Shown: one piece after another, positions 46,509 to 55,290 of the stretch
Layout: every line of letters begins with the position of its first letter
Position numbering within the stretch: position 1 is the stretch's first letter
Virus record (IMG/VR): IMGVR_UViG_3300044911_002386
Coordinates: 64,001-128,000 of that record
Source of the DNA: a virus
Reading direction: 5' to 3' (one strand)
Length of the DNA: 64,000 bases
Made by a program: the position numbers and the translations under genes
Notes under the pieces: model-generated
What the model saw: the letters and a program-made list of their open reading frames with translations, nothing else
Databases searched by the model: none
Told to the model about the DNA's origin: nothing

Positions 46509-47504
46509 TCAGCGCATGCCTAACATAGATGGCACAATAGCGTGCATCATTCCGCCCCATAACCCCATGTCCTGGAGTTTCTCTTGGGCTAGCGGCGTTA
46601 AGCCGGCCATTGCAGACAACGCTTTGCCGGCCATCGTCGCGGTGGCTAGGCCAACGCCGGCGGACGCGATACCGTTAATAACATCAGACGGCCTGATAAT
46701 CGGCGACTGTAGACCAGTGCCTAAACCAGTCATCATGCCGCTTGCCGCAGCGGCATAAGCCGGCGGTGTGTGATTTTCAAACCCGTTATAAAAACCTTTA
46801 CGGGCGTCGTTCCAAACTGCGTTGTTAAATTGTTGGATATTAACCGACGGCGCCATGATGCCCGAGTCACCGGGAATAGCCGGATTCAATTCTGGCGCGT
46901 AAACGCCAAACTGCGAGTTTTTAATTGTCCAGCCACGCAAAAAACTTGTATTTTTGGCTCGCGCATTCGCTGCCGCATTGTTCGCCCCAAGGCCAACGCC
47001 GCCCAAGCCGCCGATAAGCGCCAGCGTATTTCGCAGCTTACCGCGCTCTAAGTAGCGCTCCGGGAATAAGTTTTCAATCAGTGTGCCGGCACCATACCCA
47101 AGACCGCCAGCAGCCAAGCCCGTAACAATAGCGTTGGTCAGAGGGGTTGGCCCGCCAAGCGCGTTTTGTGCGGCATCAAATGTTGGCGCGATACCGGTAA
47201 TGCCTGCTTTTTTTACAACAATCTCTTCGGCAATGTTCAGGGGCGCTAAACGCTGAAATACACACGACCATTGCGGCATAGCCGCTGCGTACTTTTGTTG
47301 GGTTTCGCTGCTCGGGTCGTGACTCGCGTACACAGTCAGTGTATTGGTCGCCGGACGCCACGTGACAAAACTGGTGCTCAGTAAGCCGGTGTCTTTTACG
47401 GCGTCAACGTGGGCGGCTTTAATGTGTGCCACAACAGGCAGCAACGCAGCCACCCTGTTGGGTACCTGTTCCCACGCGGAAATATCGTGCGACGGCTGCA
47501 TCAC
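46509..47504 (-). CDS. Glycine-zipper putative internal virion protein
   Basis: IKAAH, KKAG and IKNS motifs; GLAAGGLGYGAG and ALIGGLGGVGLGA segments. Confidence 0.72.
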   Translation of the reverse strand: MMQPSHDISAWEQVPNRVAALLPVVAHIKAAHVDAVKDTGLLSTSFVTWRPATNTLTVYASHDPSSETQQKYAAAMPQWSCVFQRLAPLNIAEEIVVKKAGITGIAPTFDAAQNALGGPTPLTNAIVTGLAAGGLGYGAGTLIENLFPERYLERGKLRNTLALIGGLGGVGLGANNAAANARAKNTSFLRGWTIKNSQFGVYAPELNPAIPGDSGIMAPSVNIQQFNNAVWNDARKGFYNGFENHTPPAYAAAASGMMTGLGTGLQSPIIRPSDVINGIASAGVGLATATMAGKALSAMAGLTPLAQEKLQDMGLWGGMMHAIVPSMLGMR

Positions 47505-47746
47505 GTTAACACTCGAAATAACTGCACGGCAAAAGCCAGAATTACGACAATCCAGGCAATCAGACCGCTGAGAGCTAAAAAAACAATAAACGACGTCAGA
47601 GTCAATGCCGGGAACAATTTCTGAATAGGTATTTTACGAAACAGCAGCAATGCACGCATCCATTGCGGCGACGGCTTGTCCGGCGTTACGTCTGGTGTCG
47701 GCGAAGGTTTCGGCTTTGGCTGCCAGGGCCAGTTTATTTTGCTCAT
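47501..47746 (-). CDS. Small membrane protein
   Basis: Pro-rich N-terminus, long hydrophobic C-terminus; coupled to neighbours. Confidence 0.65.
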   Translation of the reverse strand: MSKINWPWQPKPKPSPTPDVTPDKPSPQWMRALLLFRKIPIQKLFPALTLTSFIVFLALSGLIAWIVVILAFAVQLFRVLT

Positions 47747-49590
47747 CGCGGTGTTCCTAAAAAGTTGCCGCCAAACCGCTCGATTGTTTGATCTACGATT
47801 GATGGCTGCGGCATATTGCCGTGAAAAGCCTGCAGGGCTAATTGATGGCGATAAGCCGGGTTAATAAACGCCTGATACGACTGATTATTCCGCTGGGCTT
47901 GCAGCATCCAGTCGCCCCGTCTTTTAATTTCAGCCATGTGATTACGGATGTTCTCAAACACAGGCTTCTGCATGTCATACGCGAAAGGACCGCGGCCAAA
48001 TACCGAGTTCCGCAGTTCATTTAAATACACGCTGTTCGCCGCGGCTTTTACGCCAGCCGGAATAACGGTCGGATCTATGTGGAGCCTGAAATTCGTGGGC
48101 CGGTGGGTAATGCCTTTGTATTTCGGCTTAGCGTCGTCGATTACCCAGTCATCAGGCGATTGTGCCATCAAGCGCCGAATGATCGCGGCCTTGTGGTCGT
48201 AGCGCTTGTTATCCGAATGTTCTTTTGCCGCTAAAAGGTCTTTGAGGATTTCGGGCTGCGCGGCTTTCTCTATTTTTTCTTGCTTGTCGTAGTAGGCCGC
48301 GTCTTCGGACAAGTGATCCTTGGCAATTTCTTTGGCGATTTGATCGTTGTCGGTGTGCTCGTGCTCATGCCGTGTTCCCCTAGTTAATTCTTTTTTCAAA
48401 AACTTATTATCGGCCTTGCCGTCGGCTTCGCCACCAGATAACAGATCCGCCTGTTTCTGCTGGCTTTGCAGTTTTTGCAGTAGGGCCGAAAGGTCTTGCC
48501 CTGGTTTGTATTTCAGCGTGCCCGGAAGTTTGTCATACGCCGCAATCGTGGGCGTGTGAAACTTATAGACAAGATCGGCAATACGCTTTTTTTCTTGCTC
48601 GACGTCCGGCGTCCATTTTTTTGCGGGGTCTTTTTCGTACCGCTGTTTTGTGCGGCTAAGGCGTTGTTCGTACGCCTGCTCGACAGGCGGGTTTACATGC
48701 ACCCTTTTGTATTTGCTTAAAATCTCAGGCGGAAGATACGACAGCTGCACACCCTCGACCACGGCGGGCCCGTCGTTTTTCTCCAACGTTTGCATAGCCG
48801 TTTGCCGCATCAGTGCCCGAAAGTCTTGTTCTTTGGGCGAGCCGGCTGGCAAATGATTATCCGGCGTATTGTCGTCAAGAAACTTTTGAAAATTGGGATC
48901 TTGATCGACCGATACGCGCGGCAGTTTTAATTTTTCGGCTAGGGCTTTTGACAGCGTAGATTTGCCGGCCCCAGAATGCCCGCTTACGAGCACAACCTGG
49001 CTCGGGTCCGCGGCAGCGGCTTTGCGTACCTCATTGTCGCCGAGCACGTTCTTTTTTCGTACTGCGACCGTGATGTGAAACGGATGGCCCTTCGGCAGCG
49101 GCGACAATCCGTAACTCTTGCGAATTGCGGTTAAGCCGGGGCTCGAGACTTGCACGGCCCAAACTTTGCTTACGCCGCTAATGCCTCGGACGGTTATTTC
49201 TTTTAACGGCCCAAGTGTGTAGCCAAAGTTGTGGCCACGCTCATTGATCTTATCGGCACCCACCGACTGCACTTCGTCGGCAGTCATCACAGAAATATGG
49301 GCGTTCAAAAGATCTGCGTCAACGTTGGGCACATTCATCGCGCCGGCCAACGGCAGTTCTGCCCCGGGCGCCACCAAGGCGTCAAATAATCCACGGACTA
49401 ACGCGTTTGGCACAGATAGCAGAAGCCATCCGCTTTTTGCCAGATACAAGCGGCCAGATAATGAATGATTTGCAGCCGTCTTTGTTCCCGTGCGGCCAAG
49501 CCAGCCAATGGCGTTGCCAAGCTGGTACACGGTTTGATCTTCCAACGATGTTTCCCACAACAGCGGATCAAGACTGAATAAGCTGTTCAT
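47743..49590 (-). CDS. Multidomain protein: 2H phosphoesterase + P-loop kinase + DUF5661-like + unknown modules
   Basis: HIS (aa98) and HIT (aa172) 2H motifs; GHSGAGKST P-loop; G..HEHEHT....AKEIAKDHL.E...YY motif. Confidence 0.8.
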   Translation of the reverse strand: MNSLFSLDPLLWETSLEDQTVYQLGNAIGWLGRTGTKTAANHSLSGRLYLAKSGWLLLSVPNALVRGLFDALVAPGAELPLAGAMNVPNVDADLLNAHISVMTADEVQSVGADKINERGHNFGYTLGPLKEITVRGISGVSKVWAVQVSSPGLTAIRKSYGLSPLPKGHPFHITVAVRKKNVLGDNEVRKAAAADPSQVVLVSGHSGAGKSTLSKALAEKLKLPRVSVDQDPNFQKFLDDNTPDNHLPAGSPKEQDFRALMRQTAMQTLEKNDGPAVVEGVQLSYLPPEILSKYKRVHVNPPVEQAYEQRLSRTKQRYEKDPAKKWTPDVEQEKKRIADLVYKFHTPTIAAYDKLPGTLKYKPGQDLSALLQKLQSQQKQADLLSGGEADGKADNKFLKKELTRGTRHEHEHTDNDQIAKEIAKDHLSEDAAYYDKQEKIEKAAQPEILKDLLAAKEHSDNKRYDHKAAIIRRLMAQSPDDWVIDDAKPKYKGITHRPTNFRLHIDPTVIPAGVKAAANSVYLNELRNSVFGRGPFAYDMQKPVFENIRNHMAEIKRRGDWMLQAQRNNQSYQAFINPAYRHQLALQAFHGNMPQPSIVDQTIERFGGNFLGTPR

Positions 49591-49606
49591 GGGTTTTCCT
49601 TGTACG

Positions 49607-49678
49607 CTGCTCGGCTAGGATTCGAACCTAGAACCATCGCATTAACAGTGCGCCGCGCTACCGTTGCGCCACCGAGCA
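49607..49678 (-). tRNA. trnN: tRNA-Asn (GTT)
   Basis: TGCTCGG/CCGAGCA acceptor stem, D-arm, anticodon loop CTGTTAA, T-arm CTAGG-TTCGAAT-CCTAG, discriminator G; CCA not encoded. Confidence 0.93.
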
Positions 49679-49828
49679 ATAATTCAACGCGAGCCGCCGA
49701 TCGCTTCAGCACTCGTGGCCGAAGACGCGTGGACAGCGGACACGCAATGGTTGACCATGGCCTGTGCGGACAGCAGCAGCAACACCGCACAGAACGCACT
49801 GGCGCCCCACGCGGCGACACTCAATTGT

Positions 49829-50185
49829 TTACGGACGTTCATTGTCATGTTGATGCAACTCCTCATGATCACGTTCATGGTGGATGATGACTTTAATACC
49901 GGCACCAGATAACAACGAAATCGCCAAATCGGTTAGCGTCGAGCCGCCCATGCCGGCCAGCACGCAAATCCCAATTAGGCCGTATACATTTTCTGTCCGG
50001 CAGTAATTTTGATACCAAATCAGTGCGATGGCTAACCCCAGAAAACCGGCGTTAAGCATCGAGCTGATGACATTAAGTTTAGACAGTTTTTTGGCAAACC
50101 GCAAAAGAGTTGCCAAGCCTGCGAAGCCCGCGGCCCCGAAAGCACTGATAAATACGGCAATAGCGTGCAAATTTTCGTCAGACAT
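49829..50185 (-). CDS. Holin-like three-TM membrane protein (LydA-like)
   Basis: Three Gly-rich TM helices (..GLIGICVLAGMGG..), charged His-rich C-tail. Confidence 0.6.
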   Translation of the reverse strand: MSDENLHAIAVFISAFGAAGFAGLATLLRFAKKLSKLNVISSMLNAGFLGLAIALIWYQNYCRTENVYGLIGICVLAGMGGSTLTDLAISLLSGAGIKVIIHHERDHEELHQHDNERP

Positions 50186-50220
50186 GATGATAACCGCTTG
50201 ATATTGCTTGCTTTATGTTA

Positions 50221-50540
50221 AATGCGTCAAAAGCCCTCGCGATCCCCTTCCGCGAGACCGACCCTGATTTAAACCAGGGTTTTACGACGACTTACAAAAG
50301 TAAAATTTACTTTGTGTGGCATTCGCCGTACCTCCAACCGCGCTCACGACTATATCTGACCGCGGAACCTGCCGAACTTTGCCGCATCCCTGCGGTAAAA
50401 AACGACCCTAACCAGCCGGCCACCACGACTAACTTTTGACGCACTTCAATTTTAACAGTATTACCCTGGCCGCGATAATCGGGCTGGCAATAAAGATAGG
50501 TTGTCAAAGATCGGTGGCTGGCAGTCTTTTACCGCCCGGC
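50221..50540 (-). ncRNA. Candidate structured RNA / leader
   Basis: Multiple perfect stems in a ~360-nt intergenic gap with no credible ORF (see findings). Confidence 0.4.
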
Positions 50541-50550
50541 TGTCAGTACG

Positions 50551-51012
50551 TTAGATATATCGCATCGGCTCGTTGCTGCACAGGCCGGCTGGCTCGTAAA
50601 GTGCTAGCCAGTCTTCGCCGGCTGTCTCTGGAAATACAGCAATTGACCGAGATGTTAACTCGTGCCCCGGGAGCGTCCATACAAATTGTGCACTTGTTAA
50701 CGCCAAGCCCTGCGTATCTAAAAACGAGTGGGCGCTGACGTTACATAAAGCGTCCAGGGTGGCCGGATCGTGAGCGCGGCACCAGACGCGCTGCTTGGAT
50801 AGCAGGGCAGGTGGCGCGGGATTAAAGCCGCCGTCGTAGGGCAAGATAAAAGTGCCGCAGTGGAATACGACATCGACACAGACATGCCAGCCGGCTTTGA
50901 GGGCTTTTTGAATATAGGCAAGTTTATTTTCATTGTCTGGCTGTCGCCCGTCGATGTTCCCGAGGTGCGAAATAATAATACCGTCAAACGGCGTCCTACT
51001 TCTTGCCGCCAT
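50551..51012 (-). CDS. GDPD/PI-PLC-like phosphodiesterase homolog (degenerate)
   Basis: IISHLGN...NENKLAYIQKALKAGWHVCVDV matches the HRG...EN...G.D.E.DV pattern with substitutions. Start moved to ATG 51012. Confidence 0.6.
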   Translation of the reverse strand: MAARSRTPFDGIIISHLGNIDGRQPDNENKLAYIQKALKAGWHVCVDVVFHCGTFILPYDGGFNPAPPALLSKQRVWCRAHDPATLDALCNVSAHSFLDTQGLALTSAQFVWTLPGHELTSRSIAVFPETAGEDWLALYEPAGLCSNEPMRYI

Positions 51013-51089
51013 ATAACATCCTTGTAGCCAAAGCAGAAAACAACGGAGCCATCGTAGCGACCGACTTGCGGCCTGTCTACGGCCCTGCG

Positions 51090-52124
51090 TCAGAGAATCT
51101 TGGCTGCAATTAAGCAACCACGCGCGACGGCATGCAGGGGGTCATTGGCGTGCCGCACTTCTTTAATTGGTAATGGAAATCCGTTGTCGTCCAATTTTTT
51201 TGCGAACACGTCAATAAAGCCTTTGGCCTGGCTGGTCCCTCCGGCAATTACAACCGGCAACGGATCTTTAAATTTGGGTAACGCCTTGTGGCCAGCAATC
51301 GCGTGCGCCAGCATTTTGGTCGTGTAGTCAATCAACCGCTCGTAATACGCACTTACAGCAGCCAGCACCGGATTATCGTTCTGTTCGCCAATCGTGAAGT
51401 CACCCTGCTCTTTCTCGGCCTGTACCACCGAGTCTTTTTCACCAGTAGCGACGGCGGCCATACGGTCAATCCAGTCGCCGGATTTGGTGGTGCTAAACAT
51501 GACTGTCGGCTCACCATTGAGCATGATGCAGCAGTTCACCATGCCAGCGCCGCATGACAGTGCCACGCCGGTGTAGTCATCTTTCTCGAGTTCGGAATAG
51601 CACAGCGCCTCGGCTTCGTTGATCGCCCGGGCCATGTACCCGCATTCGGCCAAAATGGTCATAACCACGTCTTCGTGATACCCAACGTCAAAGTCTTCGT
51701 CTTCTTGGTCGACGGGCTGGGCCGGAACGCAAAACACAAGTTTTTCGTGGGGTTCGCTGGCCGTGCCGACGACTTCTTTCAGGATGTACGCCAGGATGCG
51801 CCGAGCGTCTTTTTCCTTGGCCGAAACAACGCCCCGGAACATGGGCCGTTTGGCTGACTCGTTGCGCTCGATGGCTTTTTCAATAGCGTCTTGCCCAAGA
51901 AGAATAAACGTGCCGTCAGCGTCTTTGACGAATAACTTGCCCTGCAGGCCTTTCTCAATCATCTTCGTGGCCACGGGGGTCGTCGGCTTGATGGCAAAGA
52001 ACGCGTCACGCAGTTCCTTGTACTTCACGTAGTCGAACTTATCGTCGCTGGTGTAGCTAACGGGGGCTTCGGAGTCTGAAGCCAGGACAATGAATGAAGT
52101 ACCAACGTCTAAACCTTTGGCCAT
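51090..52124 (-). CDS. Actin-family ATPase (MreB/MamK/volactin-like)
   Basis: Phosphate-1 GLDVGT, connect-1 INEAEA, phosphate-2 SCGAGMVN, adenosine IAGGTS, connect-2 AVARGC. Confidence 0.9.
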   Translation of the reverse strand: MAKGLDVGTSFIVLASDSEAPVSYTSDDKFDYVKYKELRDAFFAIKPTTPVATKMIEKGLQGKLFVKDADGTFILLGQDAIEKAIERNESAKRPMFRGVVSAKEKDARRILAYILKEVVGTASEPHEKLVFCVPAQPVDQEDEDFDVGYHEDVVMTILAECGYMARAINEAEALCYSELEKDDYTGVALSCGAGMVNCCIMLNGEPTVMFSTTKSGDWIDRMAAVATGEKDSVVQAEKEQGDFTIGEQNDNPVLAAVSAYYERLIDYTTKMLAHAIAGHKALPKFKDPLPVVIAGGTSQAKGFIDVFAKKLDDNGFPLPIKEVRHANDPLHAVARGCLIAAKIL

Positions 52125-52125
52125 T

Positions 52126-52455
52126 TTATTTACCCTTTAATTGTGCCAGTTTGGAAACCGAGGCATTAATGGTGTCTTGTTTTGCCGTGGTTGTCCCGAG
52201 CTCCACGTCCGAGGCTTTCTGCAGCCCGTCTGTATTAATCTTTGTCACGACTTTTGTTTCATTGATGTCAATTGTACTGATGTCTGGCTGCAGCACGGGC
52301 GTGGGCCGTCCAGATCGCGATGGCTTCGCGAGCGGAGATTGATATACCGGCCCAGCCGGGCCCGTAAGCCGACTCGCAATAATATCGAGGCGCCCAAGAA
52401 TATAGCCAAGTGCGAAAGCCAGCAAAATGGACACATGTATGATGTAACTATCCAT
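52126..52455 (-). CDS. Membrane-anchored protein, putative actin partner
   Basis: N-terminal TM helix, disordered linker, amphipathic C-terminus [11 protein letters not shown]; stop lies 1 nt before the actin ATG. Confidence 0.7.
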   Translation of the reverse strand: MDSYIIHVSILLAFALGYILGRLDIIASRLTGPAGPVYQSPLAKPSRSGRPTPVLQPDISTIDINETKVVTKINTDGLQKASDVELGTTTAKQDTINASVSKLAQLKGK

Positions 52456-52885
52456 GAGACTCTGGTACCACAAGTTTCGGTTCCCAGACAGTATAAGGGT
52501 TTACGGCTTTAGGCATAAATAACGGCAGCGTTTCGCAGACGTCAAACTGATCTTCTAGTTTTTTAAACTCTCGCGGATCTGTGGCACCGACGCCCTCCGG
52601 CAGGTCGTCAATCCAAATGTCGATTTTGTAGCCGCGTTGTAACGTCATTGCCCGCTTTGGACCGTGATTACAGAAAATACAGTCCTTTAAAAGTTTAAAA
52701 GTGTCTTCGCCAAATACGTGCAGAAGTTGCAGCCTATTAGCCGGCGAATCAGTACGCCCTGTCACGCAGATCACTGTGTGTCCGCGGCTCACAAACAACC
52801 GCAACATATACCGCCACATTTCCACGTCGCTGGTGAACGTGCGGTCAAAATCAATAGCGATCGTGGTGAGCCTGTACGGCGTCAT
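52448..52885 (-). CDS. HAD-superfamily hydrolase
   Basis: IAIDFDRT (DxDxT), VTGR, K, IWIDD. Start at ATG 52885, coupled to the upstream stop. Confidence 0.85.
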   Translation of the reverse strand: MTPYRLTTIAIDFDRTFTSDVEMWRYMLRLFVSRGHTVICVTGRTDSPANRLQLLHVFGEDTFKLLKDCIFCNHGPKRAMTLQRGYKIDIWIDDLPEGVGATDPREFKKLEDQFDVCETLPLFMPKAVNPYTVWEPKLVVPESHG

Positions 52886-53142
52886 GCGTGCCAGTTGCTC
52901 ATGTATTTCACGGCAATGTACGTGCCGATAAACGCCCCGCACGCTAGCGGAATGAGATACCACGGGTTGTGCAGATAGTTCATGACACCGTAAGCGCCCA
53001 AACTATACAACACGGCGCTAATTCCGCTGGCTTTCAAAGCCTGCTGACGACTGACGCAAATCACGTACAGGGCGTACAAAATGTCAAACAAAATGTAGAC
53101 GACAAATACTGTTCCGGCGGTGGCCCAACTGAAGTTTTCCAT
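52882..53142 (-). CDS. Small three-TM membrane protein
   Basis: 86 aa, three hydrophobic helices ending [12 protein letters not shown]. Confidence 0.7.
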   Translation of the reverse strand: MENFSWATAGTVFVVYILFDILYALYVICVSRQQALKASGISAVLYSLGAYGVMNYLHNPWYLIPLACGAFIGTYIAVKYMSNWHA

Positions 53143-53161
53143 GGCAGTACTGTCTCGTGTG

Positions 53162-53638
53162 TTAAGGTCGCGAGTTGACCGCCCGGAAAGCGTGCGCCAG
53201 CGTATCGCCTAAAATCTGTCGAATACGCTCACAGTCTTCATAACTATCTTGCAACTGATCTTCATAAAAAATACGCAAGTACGTCGCCTCGATGGGGTTG
53301 TTGATCATCAGTGCGTCAAGTTGTGCAAGACGCGTGGCGTAGTTCTTGATGACTTCTTCTTCTAGCTTTAAAGCCTCAACCAGTGCCGACTCCGTATTAC
53401 GACAAAGCGGAAACTGTTTGCCGCTGGAATTTGGCAGATTAAAGTGCAGCCCAAACAGCCGATCTAGAAACTGCTGGACATGCTGCATTTCCCCTTTGGC
53501 GGACTCCAAGAAAAACTCTCGGTATTCGGCCGCGTGGATGCCGATTACAGATGACGCGTGATAAAGATAAAACTGCAAATGCGTCCATTCGTTCTGTAAG
53601 TCCGCGTTCATCAGGTCTAAAAACTGCGGGAGCGTCAT
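53162..53638 (-). CDS. Ferritin-like / bacterioferritin-like protein
   Basis: DLQNEW...Y...EMQH...DRL...LEEE...Y...ED four-helix di-iron pattern; AGGAG RBS. Confidence 0.8.
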   Translation of the reverse strand: MTLPQFLDLMNADLQNEWTHLQFYLYHASSVIGIHAAEYREFFLESAKGEMQHVQQFLDRLFGLHFNLPNSSGKQFPLCRNTESALVEALKLEEEVIKNYATRLAQLDALMINNPIEATYLRIFYEDQLQDSYEDCERIRQILGDTLAHAFRAVNSRP

Positions 53639-53668
53639 GCTGGTCTCCTATTTAATAGCGTGTTAAAG

Positions 53669-53914
53669 TCAGTCAATGTCGGTGTCGTTATCCAATTCGC
53701 CGTTCGAGACGACGTGCTCAAAGATGTCCATGGTTTTTTTGCAGCGCATCTCGTGCAGCAACTCGATGCCCATTACCGCGTTGGCAATTTTGTCCGTGTC
53801 CAGTGCGTCTTCTGTGACCATCTCAGATAAGAGCTGCAGGTCGTCTACCGTCTGCCAGCACGCCATGAGGGCCTGCTCTAAATCAAACCGGTCGTACGTT
53901 GCTTTAATTGACAT
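53669..53914 (-). CDS. Hypothetical acidic protein
   Basis: DRFDLEQALMACW small helical phage protein; AAGGAG RBS. Confidence 0.7.
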   Translation of the reverse strand: MSIKATYDRFDLEQALMACWQTVDDLQLLSEMVTEDALDTDKIANAVMGIELLHEMRCKKTMDIFEHVVSNGELDNDTDID

Positions 53915-54404
53915 GATGTTCACGCTCCTTTTTTAAAACCCACCACGCATTTTGCCATTGCTGCCGCACACTATCGCTGAATGTCACTGATGTCTGGCCG
54001 GGCAAGATTTTACTGGCCGGAAGAATATAAAACAGCCGTAGTTCCGTATGCACAAAAATAAATGCGTCTAGTTCGTTTTTGCGATAACTCGTCGTAACGC
54101 CGTTTGTACTTCGCCGCAGGTCGAATACGTAACTCTTGTCTGTGCGACGTTTCTTGGTTTCCTGCCCTTTAACCTGCACGCGTTTAATTACGTCGCCAAA
54201 GTACGTGATGCGGTCGACGCCGATATCAAACCGCGGCACGCAAGGCATAATGCCGTGGCGGAACATCTCGTTCTCCGCCATGTTTTCCGCAATTGCCGCG
54301 ATCACATGCGCGTCTGGCAATTTAGAAAAGTTTGGCCCCAGCGTCTCGACGTCTGGCACCGGCGGCACGAGCACCTTCGACGTGAACCGGTTTTTTGCAT
54401 CCAT
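53904..54404 (-). CDS. PD-(D/E)xK endonuclease, free-standing
   Basis: E...RFDIGVD...RVQVK...Y...ELDAFIFV pattern of group I intron-associated PD-(D/E)xK nucleases. Confidence 0.75.
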   Translation of the reverse strand: MDAKNRFTSKVLVPPVPDVETLGPNFSKLPDAHVIAAIAENMAENEMFRHGIMPCVPRFDIGVDRITYFGDVIKRVQVKGQETKKRRTDKSYVFDLRRSTNGVTTSYRKNELDAFIFVHTELRLFYILPASKILPGQTSVTFSDSVRQQWQNAWWVLKKEREHHVN

Positions 54405-54420
54405 GCAAAACGACCAGGGG

Positions 54421-54717
54421 TTATTTGTAGGTGTAACGTTTCGTTGGATCGCGGGGCGGTGGATCTGTGAAACAAACCGTCAGTAAATCAAACACGGCCG
54501 ACGTAAGGATCGGGGCCAGGCAAAACAACATCACACCGCCGCAAATAAAAGCACCGATGTCGCCGAAGAATAACACCAACGGAAAAAACGTTAGTACGCA
54601 AAGCAGCATGCAACCAAATGCCCGTCGGTGCAGCCGTTCTCGCTGTGCCCACCTTTTGTTTTTTTTGACGGTCGCATGTTCGTCGAGCAAGCGGTCGAGT
54701 TCAGGTACGGCGCTCAT
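54421..54717 (-). CDS. Two-TM membrane protein
   Basis: Two hydrophobic helices; coupled ORF. Confidence 0.65.
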   Translation of the reverse strand: MSAVPELDRLLDEHATVKKNKRWAQRERLHRRAFGCMLLCVLTFFPLVLFFGDIGAFICGGVMLFCLAPILTSAVFDLLTVCFTDPPPRDPTKRYTYK

Positions 54718-54720
54718 GAG

Positions 54721-55290
54721 TCATCTGCGTGCAAATACTAAGGCTGACCGCGCAATGTGGTGGGCACTATCAAGTGCCGAGTACTGCCGCACACGCGCAC
54801 TGTCTTCGGGAAGCATATTAAACCCGGCAACGTTAAATTGGTCAACCCAATATTTATCGTCTTTACAGTTTACATGGTGGTAACCGCCCTGCTCCGGAAC
54901 GGCGTGCGAAAGCATGACAAACTTCGCCCCCTGAAACGTCGCCATTAAGTTCGGCACGTACGGCTCAGCAATGTGCTCGACGACTTCGACGCAGTAAATT
55001 AAATCTACAGCACAGTACAGCGGGGCATGCGTTATGTCATGTAAAATTGTTGGAAAACTTGACATTTCGACGTTCTTTTTTAACCCGTCGACGGCTACGA
55101 CTAGCGGCCCAAGTTTGGAGAAAAAATGGGCACTGTAGCCCAGTCCGGAGCCTAAATCCAACAGCGTCCGCACAGCAAACCGGTCTACGAGATACCGCCA
55201 CGTCGTCGGAGAATATGTAAACGGATCGCCTTCGTTGATATTGCCGCCCAGGTGCGGATTAGCGTCGTCTGTAACGAACGTGTAGGTCAT
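54721..55290 (-). CDS. Class I SAM-dependent methyltransferase
   Basis: LLDLGSGLG, VAVDG, CVEVVEHI, QGGYHHVN. Confidence 0.88.
   Translation of the reverse strand: MTYTFVTDDANPHLGGNINEGDPFTYSPTTWRYLVDRFAVRTLLDLGSGLGYSAHFFSKLGPLVVAVDGLKKNVEMSSFPTILHDITHAPLYCAVDLIYCVEVVEHIAEPYVPNLMATFQGAKFVMLSHAVPEQGGYHHVNCKDDKYWVDQFNVAGFNMLPEDSARVRQYSALDSAHHIARSALVFARR

Noticed and set aside
49587-49912. ORFs overlapping 49587-49912
   Set aside because: Most overlap the tRNA-Asn, and all overlap it or the end of the holin-like gene; no support as proteins.
32751-53665. Shared 10-mer TAACACGCTA upstream of the 801-aa gene and the ferritin-like gene
   Set aside because: Only two copies seen and chance cannot be excluded; needs a genome-wide scan.
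53904-54404. Group I intron around the PD-(D/E)xK nuclease (likewise the HNH at 60754)
   Set aside because: Flanking genes are intact and closely packed, leaving no room for an intron core; treated as free-standing nucleases.
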